DNA from: Pecten maximus
Taxonomy: Eukaryota
Length of the DNA stretch: 64,000 bases
Direction: 5' to 3'
NCBI RefSeq assembly: GCF_902652985.1
Contig: NC_047028.1
Location: 14,880,001-14,944,000 of the forward strand
The notes beneath the pieces were generated by a model that saw nothing but the letters and a program-made list of their open reading frames with translations, searched no databases and was not told the origin of the DNA. Below, piece by piece: positions 26,041 to 49,940 of the stretch (the first letter of the stretch is position 1; each line of letters starts with the position of its first letter). Made by a program: the position numbers and the translations under genes.

Positions 26041-28657
26041 ATGATCTTAATCACTCGTTCAACATTTAGCTAAGATACAGACATATGAAATACCTCTGAC
26101 AAGTTAAATGATATACGTGTATCTAGACTTGGATTAAACAATGTAATTCGCCTATTTTCATGGAAAAAACATAAAATACTATTTATCTTCCGCTTTACAA
26201 AAAATGAGTCTTCGTGACGATCTTTGGTGCCTTTTTATTACGTGACAAACAAGTGTTTAGCTATGGAATTATTAACTGGGTTTCTGTACTCGTTGTCTTA
26301 ATTAAGTTTTAATCCTTCCTCTGGAGATAAAATTTAAACAACTACATTAGGATGTTGTATTACATTGTGGGATAATTGCTAACAACATGGTAAAGTTGTA
26401 ACAGCGAGTATACGTATGTGCTATCTGAGATGTTATTCACACAAAACATGCTTTGATATACTGACATCGTTTTTATCTTTATTTCATAAGCATTTCATGT
26501 CACAAATAGATGTATTTAATTATCTGCGAAACATTTAACTCATACCTAGTAATAGATATTTTTGTAACTCTTGATGAAATAGCAATAATGGTTCTTAGAA
26601 GCACCAGACTACTGTTTATACAGGATGACACTACAAATACTTGTATTAGGATAAGTGTTTACAAGGCGAACGTGATCATACAACCCTAGCTGAGATGGAA
26701 AAATAGAGGGAAAATCTACATCAACAATCCCCACCCTCTAACCTAAAATAATTGATCATGATAGAATGTAATTTGATATACAGTGATTCTATAGTGTATA
26801 GTTTGCAGTGTAATTTAAAACAAAAACAAAAACGTTATTTGCACACATGCACCTTTTTTTATTGCCATGGAGTAATTTCTAAACCTTAGTGTGGCATTTT
26901 TTAATTGAACTGCCTATAATGCGCAACCACAACTTTCACGAACCAGTTAAAATGACGTCATCGAGAAATCATTGATCGGGATTATATACAATATGTGAGG
27001 ACGCTTGATGAATTTAAATCATTCGCTTTAGACTAAAACATGGCTGGTAGACTTGGCCCAAGCTCAAATTAATGGGTTTGATTTCGTTTGGTCAGCAGAA
27101 TTTGATTCGTTAATAGTTTGGCGAATTTCTCAGTAATCTTTTTAATCTGGTATAGACGATGTTACCTGTTTTGTACCGTAAATTTACATTTAACGATAAT
27201 GGGATGTTTACCAATAGGGTAGAGCATGTGATGTATACCGGCGTAATTAAATATGGGCTCCATTTACAAATATATGCATACCAAAATATTCGTACGAAAA
27301 TGTTAGACGCCAGGAACTCATTAACGATCGCGTGCAGAATTAACGATACACGCATTAAAACTTGGGTATGTAGATTATACGGAGGCCTGGATGTGTTAGG
27401 GATTATCGTAAAAACTAGTAAAACTTTGTATTAGGGGTCTACGCGTGTTAAGTTAAGCCAATATGTCTGAAAACCAAACCATTTTATCGACTTTATGATA
27501 CATGAATGATTACATATAGAAGTTCTGATAAGATTTTCCAGTACATATTGAATTATTACTTCATTTTTACATGCATACATGTATAGATGAAGCCTCTTAT
27601 ACTTTACCGTTATGTATATGATTATAAAATTTATTCATGAGTTCGATTCATAAAAATAATCATTAATATTAGATGAGATAACATAATGTTAACTTTAGTA
27701 TTCGTTTGGACAATGGTGCATTTAACGCTTTGTATTATTTTCAATATTTTAAGGCTTCAAATTAAATTAATTCTAACCCGTGTATTTACCGTGAGTAAGA
27801 CCCCACCCCGCGGGAACATTGATGTGTCGATACTTGTCATATACAAGTGTACATTTGTATATAAATGCGTGTAGTCTGATTCGCGCGGTGTAACCAGGCA
27901 GAAAATCACAAAGATCTATCGCATTTAAATCAATATTAAACAATATCGATAATATCTTACACGACTTGGCTATCTCCCTGAGACCGTTTTCATGTCTTAC
28001 TGAACCCCAATGGAAGGGTGCGACTCTATTACGTAAAAAGTCAAGACAGAACAGGGTATTGTATTAACGGAAAACATTGTCTTATATATTTACAGATATC
28101 ATTTTAAAATTTTCGTCGTTTCAGACGATGTTTATGTTTAGGAATCTAAGGCCATATCATGTTGACTACACGATAATAAATAGGGTACATTACTAATAAC
28201 AAGCGGATTTAGATATTTTTGTCAATGACCCGCTAAATCTGCAAACAATTGACGTGTGGGTCAGTAGACTATTGAATGAGTTGTAGCGTCGATACAGCGC
28301 AAACAAACAGACGTCAATACACATCTGACTTCTGATTAAACGTTTACATGGGTGGGTAACTGTAATGTTTGTAGACACCATGTGACTAGACACAAAGATT
28401 CTATCTTGACCCTTAATTAGATTTTAACAGGTGAATACACCAAATAAAAAGACAGGTATAATTTTTAGACAGGTGTGTGTTCAAACCGGTCGGCCTGTTC
28501 CAGATGTCCACTTGAAACAACTTTTTTTTAAACAATAGTACACACTCGTATTTTTAATTCTTGTTTAAAATCTTTGGAGGACATACATGTATAGACTGTA
28601 GCAATTGAATTTTAATGATCAAGACATACAGTTACACGTATCTGTAATGTAGATCGT

Positions 28658-30040
28658 TTATAACGAGGAATGTGTGAACACTGAATTAAGGTTTTATAAT
28701 GAGGAATGTGTGAACACTGTGTTAATGTTTTATAACGAGGAATGTGTGAACACCGTGTTAAGGTTTATAATTAGGAATGTGTGAACACTGAATTAAGGTT
28801 TATAATGAAAGGTCAGGATAGAATGTGTGAACACTGTGTTAAGGTTTACTGTATAATGAGGAATGTGTGAACCCTGTGTTAAGGTTTTATAACGAGGAAT
28901 GTGTGAACCCTGTGTTAAGGTTTTATAACGAGGAATGTGTGAACCCTGTGTTAAGGTTTTATAACGAGGAATGTGTGAACCCTGTGTTAAGGTTTATAAT
29001 GAGGAATGTGTGACCAGTGTGTTAAGGTTTTATAACGAGGAATGTGTGAACACTGTGTAAATGTTTTATAACGAGGAATGTGTGAACCCTGTGTTAAGGT
29101 TTATAATGAGGAATGTGTGAACACTGTGTTAAGGTTTATAATCAGGAATGTGTGAACCCTGTGTTAAGGTTTATAACGAGGAATGTGTGAACCCTGTGTT
29201 AAGGTTTTATAACAAGGAATGTGTGAACCCTGTGTTAAGGTTTATAATGAGGAATGTGTGAACACTGTGTTAAGGTTTTATAACGAGGAATGTGTGAACA
29301 CTGTGTTAAGGTTTTATAACGAGGAATGTGTGAACCCTGTGTTAAGGTTTAAAATGAGGAATGTGTGAACACTGTGTGAACACTGTGTGTTAAGTTTTAT
29401 AACGAGGAATGTGTGAACAATGTGTTAAGGTTTTATAACGAGGAATGTGTGAACACCGTGTTAAGGTTTTATAATGAAGAATGTGTGAACACTGTGTAAA
29501 TGTTTTATAACGAGGAATGTGTGAACCCTGTGTTAATGTTTTATAACGAGGAATGTGTGAACCCTGTGTTAAGGTTTATAATGAGGAATGTGTAACACTG
29601 TGTGTTAAGGTTTTATAACGAGGAATGTGCGAACACTGTGTTAATGTTTTATAACGAGGAATGTGTGAACACCGTGTTAAGGTTTTATAATGAGGAATGT
29701 GTGAACCCTGTGTTAAGGTTTTATAACGAGGAATGTGTGAACACTGTGTTAAGGTTTATAATGAGGAATGTGTGAACACTGTGTTAAGGTTTTATAATGA
29801 GGAATGTGTGAACCCTGTGTTAAGGTTTATAACGAGGAATGTGTGAACCCTGTGTTAAGGTTTATAATGAGGAATGTGTGAACACTGTGTTAAGGTTTTA
29901 TAATGAGGAATGTGTAAACACTGTGTTAAGGTTTTATAACGAGGAATGTGTGAACACTGTGTTAAGGTTTATAACGAGAAATGTGTGAACCCTGTGTTAA
30001 GGTTTTATGAAGAGGAATGTGTAAATCCTGTGATAAGGCT
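28658..30040. repeat. Minisatellite, 35/36-bp unit ATAACGAGGAATGTGTGAACACTGTGTTAAGGTTT(T)
   Basis: About 38 copies. Confidence 0.97.
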
Positions 30041-32226
30041 TGACATTATTAGGAAATGAACCGTCTGTGGGGTATATGTCAATTTCTAATATTGACTTTT
30101 TGTCAACGTTTCACTTCAATCTGTCGTCTATCTGTAAAACACAGGTTACTTTTTATACTGCTCGTCATACACAGGTGTCTTTGTTCTACACTTCCTACCC
30201 GTATACACGTCAACAGACTGGAATGTTTCTTATACACATGTACCTACATACATACATGGTAGGGTAGACAATAGGAAAATGTAGTATCAGGCTTGATAGT
30301 GACGAATGAGTTTGTTTTCAAAAGAAAAAAAATCTTCGAATCACGATGAGAAAAATATATATCAAGCACAATTACATTGTTATTCCACGATCTGATTAGG
30401 AAATGATATGCATGTACATGCTTGAACTCAGTTTTAATGGTAATATATCTACTTTTTTACCAGATATAGCATGGGAAACCTTAACTATCTACCCCGGGAA
30501 ATGTTGTTTATCTAGCCAACCCAATATCAGAAATTTGTTTATGTGATGAAGTAACATTATATAAAAACGTTCACCTCGTGATTTTGTGTAAATTAACCAA
30601 ATCCCACAGGCTAAGTTCTGGTGTATCTCACAGCGTTTTAGAGATACAAGTCTGTACCTGTAAAGGTCTGTTAATCGTATTACCTATTTGTATATACACA
30701 GGTATATATGCATTGTAAGTACAACCGAGGTAAAGGTAAATTAAACTCTGTAAGTGGCCATGGTGCCACTAAATGGCGATTCAACATGTCCAGTTTGTGA
30801 CAGAACGTGCGGTGACGTCACAATTTAAGTGAACACTAGCAAGCTAAATGAGGTGACATATTAAACCTGTGTCTTATGTATAACAGCTTATCTCGAAATC
30901 GGAGTATACACAAAGGAAATAAATGCATTTCGATATTCCTAGCTATGATGGCGTTCTCTTGTCGCATTGAACAAGTAATGAAATATTAAATAGCCATTCA
31001 TTCGAATTCCCCAGTAATATTACCGGTCATATTGCTCAACACATTATTCACCGACAAGTTTCCATAGAGAACACTTCACCACTTATTGTCTAAAGCTGAG
31101 TGAACATTGATGGATACTTATCAACTCTTAAATTGTAATGTTAACCCACCCGAAATCGCCAGTAGCAATAACGTTACATCATCTGTGACGTCACGTATTT
31201 GCCATACTCTGCCAAATACATAGCTGGCTTCTTTACAATTGTTCTTAGTTCCATCTTGTTTAGTGACAAAAATATCATATCCGGTATCACAATAACGGAC
31301 ATTTACATACAGTTATCATTTTCAGCTGTAACTGTAGTTATACAGATATGGAAAATGGCCATAACATCGACTTAATCTCGGTTAATACATCTTTCTCCGG
31401 TTAATGAAACCTTACATTCACCTCACCAAAAGTCCATAATTGATAGGGATTTGTAGGCCTACTGCATTCCAATCATAAAATAAATGGTATAGGCTAAATA
31501 TATACCTACTTGAAGAGTGTGAGAATTAAGTTGTTAACAAACCTGGCCTTATTTACGATGTATTGTCCTATTAGGGAGCTATATCCAAGCGATTATCGAT
31601 CTCTTAAGGGTTACTACGTAATCAGTGATAGTGGTGATGGAAAGGTAATTTATCAAAGATAAAATCGAGACTGGAGGTAAATAATTAGGGGGCAGCTTGT
31701 AGGTGAAGGTCATCAGACCTATATTTTCATTGTGTTCGGAAGTAGGCGACATCATATTGTATCGTCATGGAATTTATTTCTATATTCTTACAGAAATGAT
31801 GTTTATATTATAGCAAACCTTGCTGCCTTTAATTATGTAATCTGTTCAAGAAAACCATATATTCTAAAAATTCTAATAAGTTCGATAAAACATTCTTGTA
31901 CAACTTTTATGAAAAGAGATTACCAGAAGTCACAGAATTTGAGATAAATTACAACCCCATTTACATTACATACACTTGCTATACATACAGACCGTGGGGT
32001 TGGATATTGGTGCCAATTCCTTACACCAGAGGTACTTTAAGGCCAGGTAGGGTACACGAATCTAGCGGCCACTTTCTTATCGAATTGCCATTAAATGTAT
32101 ATAATCAATAAATTGATAAATGAAAGAATGAATGGTGATAAATCTATGGTGCACGGTGCCCCAAGAAAGCAGCCGATAGGGGCGAGGTGCCTTATCTTTA
32201 GGCAGATACCCGGCACCGTACCCGGC

Positions 32227-32233
32227 TATATAA
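32227..32233 (+). promoter_or_regulatory. TATA box, tubulin A
   Basis: TATATAA in GC-rich context 94 nt upstream of ATG. All four copies have a TATA at a similar distance. Confidence 0.7.
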
Positions 32234-35922
<3,689 letters not shown>

Positions 35923-38099
35923 TCCATGTGAACCAAAATATTACTAAATTCCCCAAAAAGCCTAATTTTACTGAAAAATAATCTGAACTTAAAATTTTAA
36001 ACTTGCAAAAACATTCAATGTTTTACATCCTTACCTCTTTCAACTAATCTAGTCATCAGTATCTTTAGTTTATCAAACTATCCAATAAAAAGTGAGCATT
36101 TAATGCTGCTTTGTTTGCTTGTTTTTTTTATCCTTTTATATGTCATGAGAATTCGAGAAGTTGATGAAGTGTTAAGAACTTTTAGACATCGATTTCACAT
36201 TTTCTCATTAGGGTTTCACCGTGTGGTTTCTAGTAACGAAACATTCTTCTCACTTACAATCAGTCACAATGATTCTTTAAGTTAACTGATGCATGATTTT
36301 GTTGTGAAAGGCATTGTCTTCCGTAGAGAGTTGATGTTGAGGAAGATGTGAAATATCGATCATAATATCATATCATGTGACCAAAGTTCTATAAACGTGT
36401 ACAGTCACGTAATTGTAGCACTTCGTAAGCATTAGATGATTGGATATTGCCGAAGGAAATTGTTTATTTAATATATATCTATAAAGTTTAAGGTAGCATA
36501 CACCCTTAATGAATGTTATCTAAATATAATTGACCATTAACATGAAGGCCACTCTATATGAATTATTGATTACACCATTGTCATAAAACACATATTTTGA
36601 AACCGGAAACGGGCGGAAGTCAGACGCATGCGCTGTCCTGACGTTGTCTTTGCGTTGCCATTCCGTAAACAAACTAAAATAGCTTAAGCATTGCCAGCCA
36701 GATGGCAGGAGTTCTTTAATTCTAAAAACACAAAACGTGTGCCAGAGCATTCATTAGACAGCTGGTTGATTCGTGTCAATTAACTTCAGTCTTGAAATTC
36801 CTTTATAATGAGGTCGATTGACCAAAACTGATTGATCGATAGATTATTTTTTCTGCAATAGGGATAGGTTTCAAGAGCAATGCAATGCTCTTTTCTAAAA
36901 CATGTTGGATACTTGATAGTTTTGGCCCATAATATGAACTACCTTGACACTGGATACAGCGAGAAAACAAAGTATTAATAGTGTTATTTGGTCAGGTACA
37001 AAGACAAAATCATTGTAACAACACATTGGTATGTTGCAAAATAAAAGTGGACGGGCTATGACAAGTCCATAGCAACCAAATACAGCGCCTTGTTATTAGA
37101 AACCCATACTGGCATACTGTAGGAAGGGCAGATAGAAACACGATTTCTACTTAAATGTTGGAATTTCGAAGTTATAAACATATGGAAGTTTTCTGATTCT
37201 TGTTTTATACATTGTTGGCTTTCCCAAATTTCATTGGTAAACTTTCAGTATGTAACTACGGAAATTCACCAAGATCTTATTTGTAGAGTTTGTACTAGGA
37301 TATTTTACACGAGGGCTTAGTTCAATCAAAGAATAAAATGTCGATTGCCCTGTTCATGTTGTATTAGTACTTTGGTTGTCCGGGACCAGTGGAGGGGCAA
37401 AATATACAAACTATTGGTAAAAGTTTCCAGTTTGGATATTCAAAATGAATTACATGTTTAACTGAAATATTCAAACGATATTGATAGTTATGGACTTTAC
37501 TGTCGGAGTTTTGACACTTTTCAAATATAGCTCACGCGCATGCTCTAGAATAACGGTCCTATCATTTTGACAATGTGTTACTCTATAAATTGTGAATTTA
37601 ACCATATAATATCTCTAATGTCAAACCATGGATCAAGAACACAGGTCGCTGTCTGCGTCGATAAGTCAGAACCAATTATTTATGGGTTTATAGACACTAG
37701 AACTGTTTACTTGTTTGGCTAAAGTCAATATGTCTCTCACTACAGTTTAAACTGCAGGGTAAACCGAATGTAAATCGAGTAGAAAGCTTTTAAAACACGT
37801 AGACTAAGAAGTAGATATGAATATGTATACATTGAAAGTCTCCGACACATACCTGACTAGTATTCTAGAATAAGAAAGGGGAATCTGTGACGTTAAAACG
37901 CATTTAAGAATTTGTTACTAGTAGTTGAATATGAAATTCAATATCTATTAAGTTGGTATATTTGATACGAAATATAAACAATGTTATGTCCACGACAAAT
38001 AAACAAACCTAGGTATGACATACCTGTAATATCACACTAATCAATCGATAAGTTTTATAGCGGATCTAAGTTTCAGTTGAAACACCTAACGTACAAACA

Positions 38100-38755
38100 C
38101 TTAAGACAGGTGGCCAAACACTGAGACAGGTAGACTGACACTTAGACAGGTAGTCTGACACTTAGACAGGTAGTCTGACACTTAGACAGGTAGTCTGACA
38201 CTTAGACAGGTAGTCTGACACTTAGACAGGTAGGCTGACACTGAGACAGGTAGGTTGACACTTAGACAGGTAGACTGACACTTAGACAGGTATCCTGACA
38301 CTAAGACAGGTAGGTTGACACTAAGACAGGTAGGCTGACACTTAGACAGGTAGGCTGACACTTAGACAGGTAGGCTGACACTTAGACAGGTAGGCTGACA
38401 CTTAGACAGGTAGGCTGACACTAAGACAGGTAGGCTGACACTGAGACAGGTAGGCTGACACTAAGACAGGTAGGCTGACACTAAGACAGGTAGGCTGACA
38501 CTAAAATAGGTAGGCTGACACTAAGATAGGTAGGCTGACACTAAGACAGGTAGGCTGACACTAAGATAGGTAGGCTGACACTAAGACAGGTAGGCTGACA
38601 CTAAGACAGGTAGGCTGACACTAAGATAGGTAGGCTGACACTAAGATAGGTAGGCTGACACTGAGACAGGTAGGCTGACACTGAGACAGGTAGGCTGACA
38701 CTAAGACAGGTAGGCTGACACTTAGACAGGTAGGCTGACACTAAGACAGGTAGAC
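38100..38755. repeat. Minisatellite, 20-bp unit CTTAGACAGGTAGGCTGACA
   Basis: About 32 copies in strict 20-nt phase. Confidence 0.97.
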
Positions 38756-39524
38756 ATTATTATTTCTTTTTCAGGAAAGATGGACTCCGCCGATCACAAT
38801 ACAGATTTCGCATATAACTATACTAGGAGAAAGGATTAGTCTATTTTGTAATAAAATTAGAATCTTCCATTAAAACTACATGTTATTATCACTTTTCAGT
38901 CAGCTTTCGTACGGGGTAGAGAAAATTGGCTTTTACGGACAAGCGACCTTTATATAGATTTTAAAATTCATGAAGTGAGAACTAAAACAGTTGATCTTTA
39001 GAGAAAAAGTATTTGTAACACAGAATATACCTCCAAGTCAGGTCTGACTCATTAAATCAAATGTAAGTACTTAATAATCACCAGAGCCAACTGTATTATG
39101 TGCTTACAGCCCTATCCGGAACGTCAATATGTACCGGTATACATTAGTTCCTAGGCTACCCGGATACCCGATAGTGGACGACACCCCACTATGTATCTTG
39201 TCCCTTTGTCACTGAGCTATATCTTCGATCTCGATATCTCAAATTACACAGTTTAATTGTAATTCGTATATTCTAAATGTAACTAGCAATGTTAATACGA
39301 TTTGTACTTCGAGCTGGATTTGTTACTTCATCGGTCGAATATCTTTTCAAATCGACTTTAAATAAACCTTTCTTTGATCCATTCTAAGATTAACGGGTAT
39401 GAAAAAGATAAATAGTACATTTTATTACGACCTAGATATCATTATAACTTTCAATTGGTCCTTTCCTTTAATCCTATACCTTGATAAAAACGGCATTACT
39501 GTTAAAAAAACCAAGACTCCGGAA

Positions 39525-39890
39525 TTTACCCTCACATTTCACCCCTTTTAACTCCATCTTCTATCCCCACCTTTTTTACCCGTACGTTTTACCCCCACCT
39601 ATCCGTAAGTTTTACCCCCACCTTTTACCCGTACGTTTTACCCGTACGTTTTACACCTACGTTTTAGGCGTACGTTTTACCCGTACGTTTTACCCAACCT
39701 TTTACTCCTACGTTTTACCCATACGTTTTATCCCTAGGTTTCACCACCACCTTTTACCCCTATCTTTTACCTCTATGTTTTACCTCTAGTTTTTACCCCT
39801 GCCTTTTACCTCCATCTTTTACTCCCACATTTCACCCTTTTACCCCCACATTTCACCCCTAACTTCCACCCCCAAACTTTTAACATCACC
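39525..39890. repeat. Degenerate ~13-bp repeat TTTTACCCGTACG / TTTTACCCCCACC
   Basis: Direct inspection. Confidence 0.8.
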
Positions 39891-40069
39891 ATTTAACGTT
39901 TTAGTCTGAGTTTCATGTATTTCTGCATTTGAACGTCCCTCGTGAGTTGTTTGGCGATAAATGACTCTTATCGTCGACGAGCCGTAAAAGAATTAAAATG
40001 AATACATTATGTAGCTAAAATATTTGTACAATAATGAATGGTAGGTATATACATGTATGATCTTTATAT

Positions 40070-43000
40070 AGACCAGGACCATAGGTATAATATATAATCT
40101 CTTTATCGACCATAGGTACAATATATAATCTCTATATTGACCATAGGTACACTATATAATCTTTATATTGACCATAGGTACAATATATAATCTTTATATT
40201 GACCATAGGTATAATATATAATCTCTATATCGACCATAGGTACAATATATAATCTCAATATTGACCATAGGTACACTATATAATCTTTATATTGACCATA
40301 GGTACAATATCTAATCTTTATATTGACCATAGGTATAATATATAATCTCTATATCGACCATAGGTACAATATATAATCTCTATATCGACCATAGTTATAC
40401 TAAATAATATCTATATCGACCATAGGTACAATATTTAATCTCTATATCGATCATAGGTACAATATATAATCTCTATATCGACCATAGGTATAATAGATAA
40501 TCTCTATATTGACCATAGGTATAATATATAATCTCTATATCGACCATAGGTACAATATATAATCTCTATATTGACCATAGGTACACTATATAATCTTTAT
40601 ATTGACCATAGGTACAATATATAATCTCTATATCGACCATAGGTACAATATATAATCTTTATATTGACCATAGGTACAATATATAATCTCTATATCGATC
40701 ATAGGTACAATATATAATCTCTATATCGACCATAGATACAATATATAATCTCTATATCGACCATAGGTACAATATATAATCTCTATATTGACCATAGTTA
40801 CAATATATAACATCTATATCGATCATAGGTACAATATATAATCTCTATATTGACCATAGGTACAATATATAATCTTTATATTGACCATATGTACAATATA
40901 TAATCTCGATATCGACCATAGGTATGATAAATGATCTCTATATCGACCATAGGTACAATATATAATCTCTATATCGACCATAGGTATAATAGATAATCTC
41001 TATATTGACCATAGGTACAATATATAATCTCTATATCGACCATAGGTACAATATATAATCTCTATATTGACCATAGGTATAATATATAATACCTATATTG
41101 ACCATAAATATAATATATAATCTCTATATCGACCATAGGTACAATATATAACATGTATATCGATCATAGGTACAATATAAAATATCTATATCGATCATAG
41201 GTACAATATATAATCTCTATATCGACCATAGGTACACTATATAATCTCTATATTGACCATAGGTACAATATATAACATCTATATCGATCATAGGTACAAT
41301 ATATAATCTCTATATTGACCATAGGTATAATATATAATCTCTATATCGACCATAGATACAATATATAATCTCTATCTCGACCATAGGTACAATATATAAT
41401 CTCTATATCGACCATAGGTACAATATATAATCTCTATATCGACCATAGGTATAATATATATCTATATTGACCATAGATATAATATATAATCTCTATATCG
41501 ACCATAGGTACAATATGTAATCTTGATATTGACCATATGTACAATATATAATCTCTATATCGACCATAGGTATGATAAATAATATCTATATTGACCATAG
41601 GTACAATATATAATCTCTATATCGACCATAGGTACAATATATAATCTCTATATTGACCATAGGTACAATATATAATCTCTATATTGACCATAGGTACAAT
41701 ATATAATCTCTATATCGACCATAGGTACAATATATAATCTCTATATTGACCATAGGTACAATATATAATCTCTATATCGATCATAGGTACAATATATAAT
41801 CTCTATATTGACCATAGGTACACTATATAATCTTTATATTGACCATAGGTACAATATATAATCTTTATATTGACCATAGGTATAATATATAATCTCTATA
41901 TCGACCATAGGTACAATATATAATCTCAATATTGACCATAGGTACACTATATAATCTTTATATTGACCATAGGTACAATATCTAATCTTTATATTGACCA
42001 TAGGTATAATATATAATCTCTATATCGACCATAGGTACAATATATAATCTCTATATCGACCATAGTTATACTAAATAATCTCTATATAGACCATAGGTAC
42101 AATATATAATCTTTATATTGACCATAGGTACAATATATAATCTCTATATCGACCATAGGTACAATATATAATCTCTATATCGATCATAGGTACAATATAT
42201 AATCTCTATATCGATCATAGGTACAATATATAATCTCTATATCGACCATAGGTATGATAAATAATATCTATATCGACCATAGGTACAATATATAATCTCT
42301 ATATCGATCATAGGTACAATATATAATCTCTATATCGACCATAGATACAATATATAATCTCTATATCGACCATAGGTACAATATATAATCTCTATATTGA
42401 CCATAGTTACAATATATAACATCTATATCGATCATAGGTACAATATATAATCTCTATATCGACCATAGGTACAATATATAATCTCTATATCGACCATAGG
42501 TATAATAGATAATCTCTATATTGACCATAGGTACAATATATAATCTCTATATCGACCATAGGTACAATATATAATCTCTATATTGACCATAGGTATAATA
42601 TATAATACCTATATTGACCATAAATATAATATATAATCTCTATATCGACCATAGGTACAATATATAACATGTATATCGATCATAGGTACAATATAAAATA
42701 TCTATATCGATCATAGGTACAATATATAATCTCTATATCGACCATAGGTACACTATATAATCTCTATATTGACCATAGGTACAATATATAACATCTATAT
42801 CGATCATAGGTACAATATATAATCTCTATATCGACCATAGGTATAATATATAATCTCTATATCGACCATAGATACAATATATAATCTCTATATCGACCAT
42901 AGGTACAATATATAATCTCTATATCGACCATAGGTACAATATATAATCTCTATATCGACCATAGGTATAATATATATCTATATTGACCATAGATATAATA

Positions 43001-43430
43001 TATAATCTCTATATCGACCATAGGTACAATATGTAATCTTGATATTGACCATATGTACAATATATAATCTCTATATCGACCATAGGTATGATAAATAATA
43101 TCTATATTGACCATAGGTACAATATATAATCTCTATATCGACCATAGGTACAATATATAATCTCTATATTGACCATAGGTACAATATATAATCTCTATAT
43201 CGACCATAGGTACAATATATAATCTCTATATCGACCATAGGTACAATATATAATCTCTATATTGACCATAGGTACAATATATAATCTCTATATCGACCAT
43301 AGGTACAATATATAATCTCTATATCGACCATAAATTTAATATATAATCTCTATATCGACCATAAATATAATGTATAATCTCTATATTGGCCATAGGTATG
43401 ATATATAATCTCTATATCGACCATAGGTAA
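40070..43430. repeat. Minisatellite, 31-bp unit GACCATAGGTACAATATATAATCTCTATATC, ~108 copies with higher-order duplications
   Basis: Rare variants recur at offsets ~1516 (41091/42607) and ~1671 (40251/41922). Confidence 0.97.
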
Positions 43431-44301
43431 AACACATATATAGAGGATATTGAATAGTTTCTCGTTGAATATAACATGAAAATATCGAAATATTGTGTCA
43501 TACGAATGAAATGTATTTGTTATATTAACGGGAAAACATTCAATTTTCTGTTGATTGCAGATTTATAATAATAATATATATATATAAAAAAACATTGAAA
43601 AATTAATAGTGTCAAAAGGCGCGGGAATCAGTATCACAATTCACGACCCCACAGCAAATTATTGGAAAAATCGACAAGTGTCAATGAGGTGAATGCGATG
43701 GTTCGCTCTGATTGGTCAAAAACAAAAACAACATATTTTCACTGCAAAGCTTATATGTAAGTTTATCAGTTTGATAAATTTCTTTACTTCGCTGACGAAA
43801 ATGTAATAAATAGAGCTATTAGTCACATTTTGCTACCTGTTATGTGGATCCCGTTTCAAACAATGATGTCATTGACTACAATAGCCTGACTAATAACGAT
43901 GTCAATTTATTCTTGTGATTTTAAAACGATGCGTAATGATTTCTAAAATTGTGAAATAATACATTTGATAGTTACTGCAATGCTTGATTTAACAATGTAT
44001 CCGTTTGTATGCCTGACCGTATTCAAAGTGTCACGCTTTTTTTCGGATTTATCCAATTTTAGGAATTACATGCTATTGAAACGCCATCGTGTGCCAAATA
44101 TGGAGGATAGTGAAACTTGCCGACCATTTCGATTTCCAAACAAGACTCGAAATCTATACTCTAGCATTATAACTGATTAATAATACATTGTATATGGACA
44201 TTAAGTCAGGATTAAAATGGTCATTTACAATCATGCACGGTTACTATGACCACGGTACCGATGGCTTGTGATGGACTGGGGAGTATTGATCGAAAGCTGG
44301 G

Positions 44302-44308
44302 TATATAA
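44302..44308 (+). promoter_or_regulatory. TATA box, tubulin B
   Basis: TATATAA 79 nt upstream of ATG. Confidence 0.65.
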
Positions 44309-44380
44309 TCAGCCAAATCGGTGCGCACTCACAGCGACATCAGGAACAGACGACCAGACAGGTAGAATACTAGCGACACA

Positions 44381-48852
<4,472 letters not shown>

Positions 48853-48923
48853 TCCATGTGAACCAAAATATTACTAAATTCCCCAAAAAGCCTAATTTTA
48901 CTGAAAAATAATCTGAACTTAAA

Positions 48924-48969
48924 GGAGGGGGAGTTTGACGAGGAGGAGGCCGAGGGCGAGGAAGCATAA
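48924..48969 (+). pseudogene. Orphan beta-tubulin C-terminal tail fragment ([14 protein letters not shown])
   Basis: GGAGGGGGAGTTTGACGAGGAGGAGGCCGAGGGCGAGGAAGCATAA lies 71 nt after the copy B stop and is followed by AATAAA at 48978-48983. Confidence 0.85.
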
Positions 48970-49628
48970 TTCGCTTGAATAAAGCCATTTCAACACTCTC
49001 CGATCAGTCTATCGATACCGAAAAGTAACGTCAACGTACAATTTTATATAATACAATGAAGTAAGATCACTACGAAAAGTCGCTAAACATGGCGAAATTG
49101 GCAATCGGACAACTTCATTGTGTTCCTAAGAATCTTGCCAAACCATTGCAGATTCTGGACTACATCCAGGTTTGAAAACTATGCATGTAACTCTTGCCAA
49201 CATACATGACGTTTACCAAAAATGGGAATATCTCCACAGACTGGAAAGGAGATGTTGTAATAATCATCCAAAATTAAAAATAGGACCAAAACGATTCATA
49301 CTGGGTTGTCTTTAATACTTGTTTTTGAAATGATACCTTGTAAGGAATCTGAATATTTATAGACTTGTTCAGGATTAATTATTATGTTTACTCATTTAAA
49401 ATGTACGAAATTGCTGTATGATGCTTTAATGGTTCTTAAGGATAAGGATATGCTACATTTTAATTGTACAAAAGACGACACTGAAAAACATATCGATGCT
49501 TTAAGTAAGCTTCGTTCTTTTCCTGTCTGTTTTTAGCATTTGTTTTATATTTCTATTCTTTCGTATGTGTCCCTCTAGACAGCCGTCTTAATATGACTGA
49601 CTATTGATATCCCCAAGACACCTTTCCA

Positions 49629-49940
49629 CATATGACTCTGACTGTTGGTGTCCCCGATAAACCAGCCCTCATATGGCCCTGACTGTTGGTGTCCCCGATA
49701 TACCAGCCCTCATATGACTCTGACTGTTGGTGTCCCCGATAAACCAGCCCTCATATGACTCTGACTGTTGGTGTCCCCGATAAACCAGCCCTCATATGGC
49801 CCTGACTGTTGGTGTCCCCGATATACCAGCCCTCATATGACTCTGACTGTTGGTGTCCCCGATAAACCAGCCCTCATATGGCCCTGACTGTTGGTGTCCC
49901 CGATATACCAGCCCTCATATGACCCTGACTGTTGTTGTCC
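49629..49940. repeat. Minisatellite, 41-bp unit CATATGACTCTGACTGTTGGTGTCCCCGATAAACCAGCCCT
   Basis: About 7.5 copies with degenerate copies on both sides. Confidence 0.95.
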
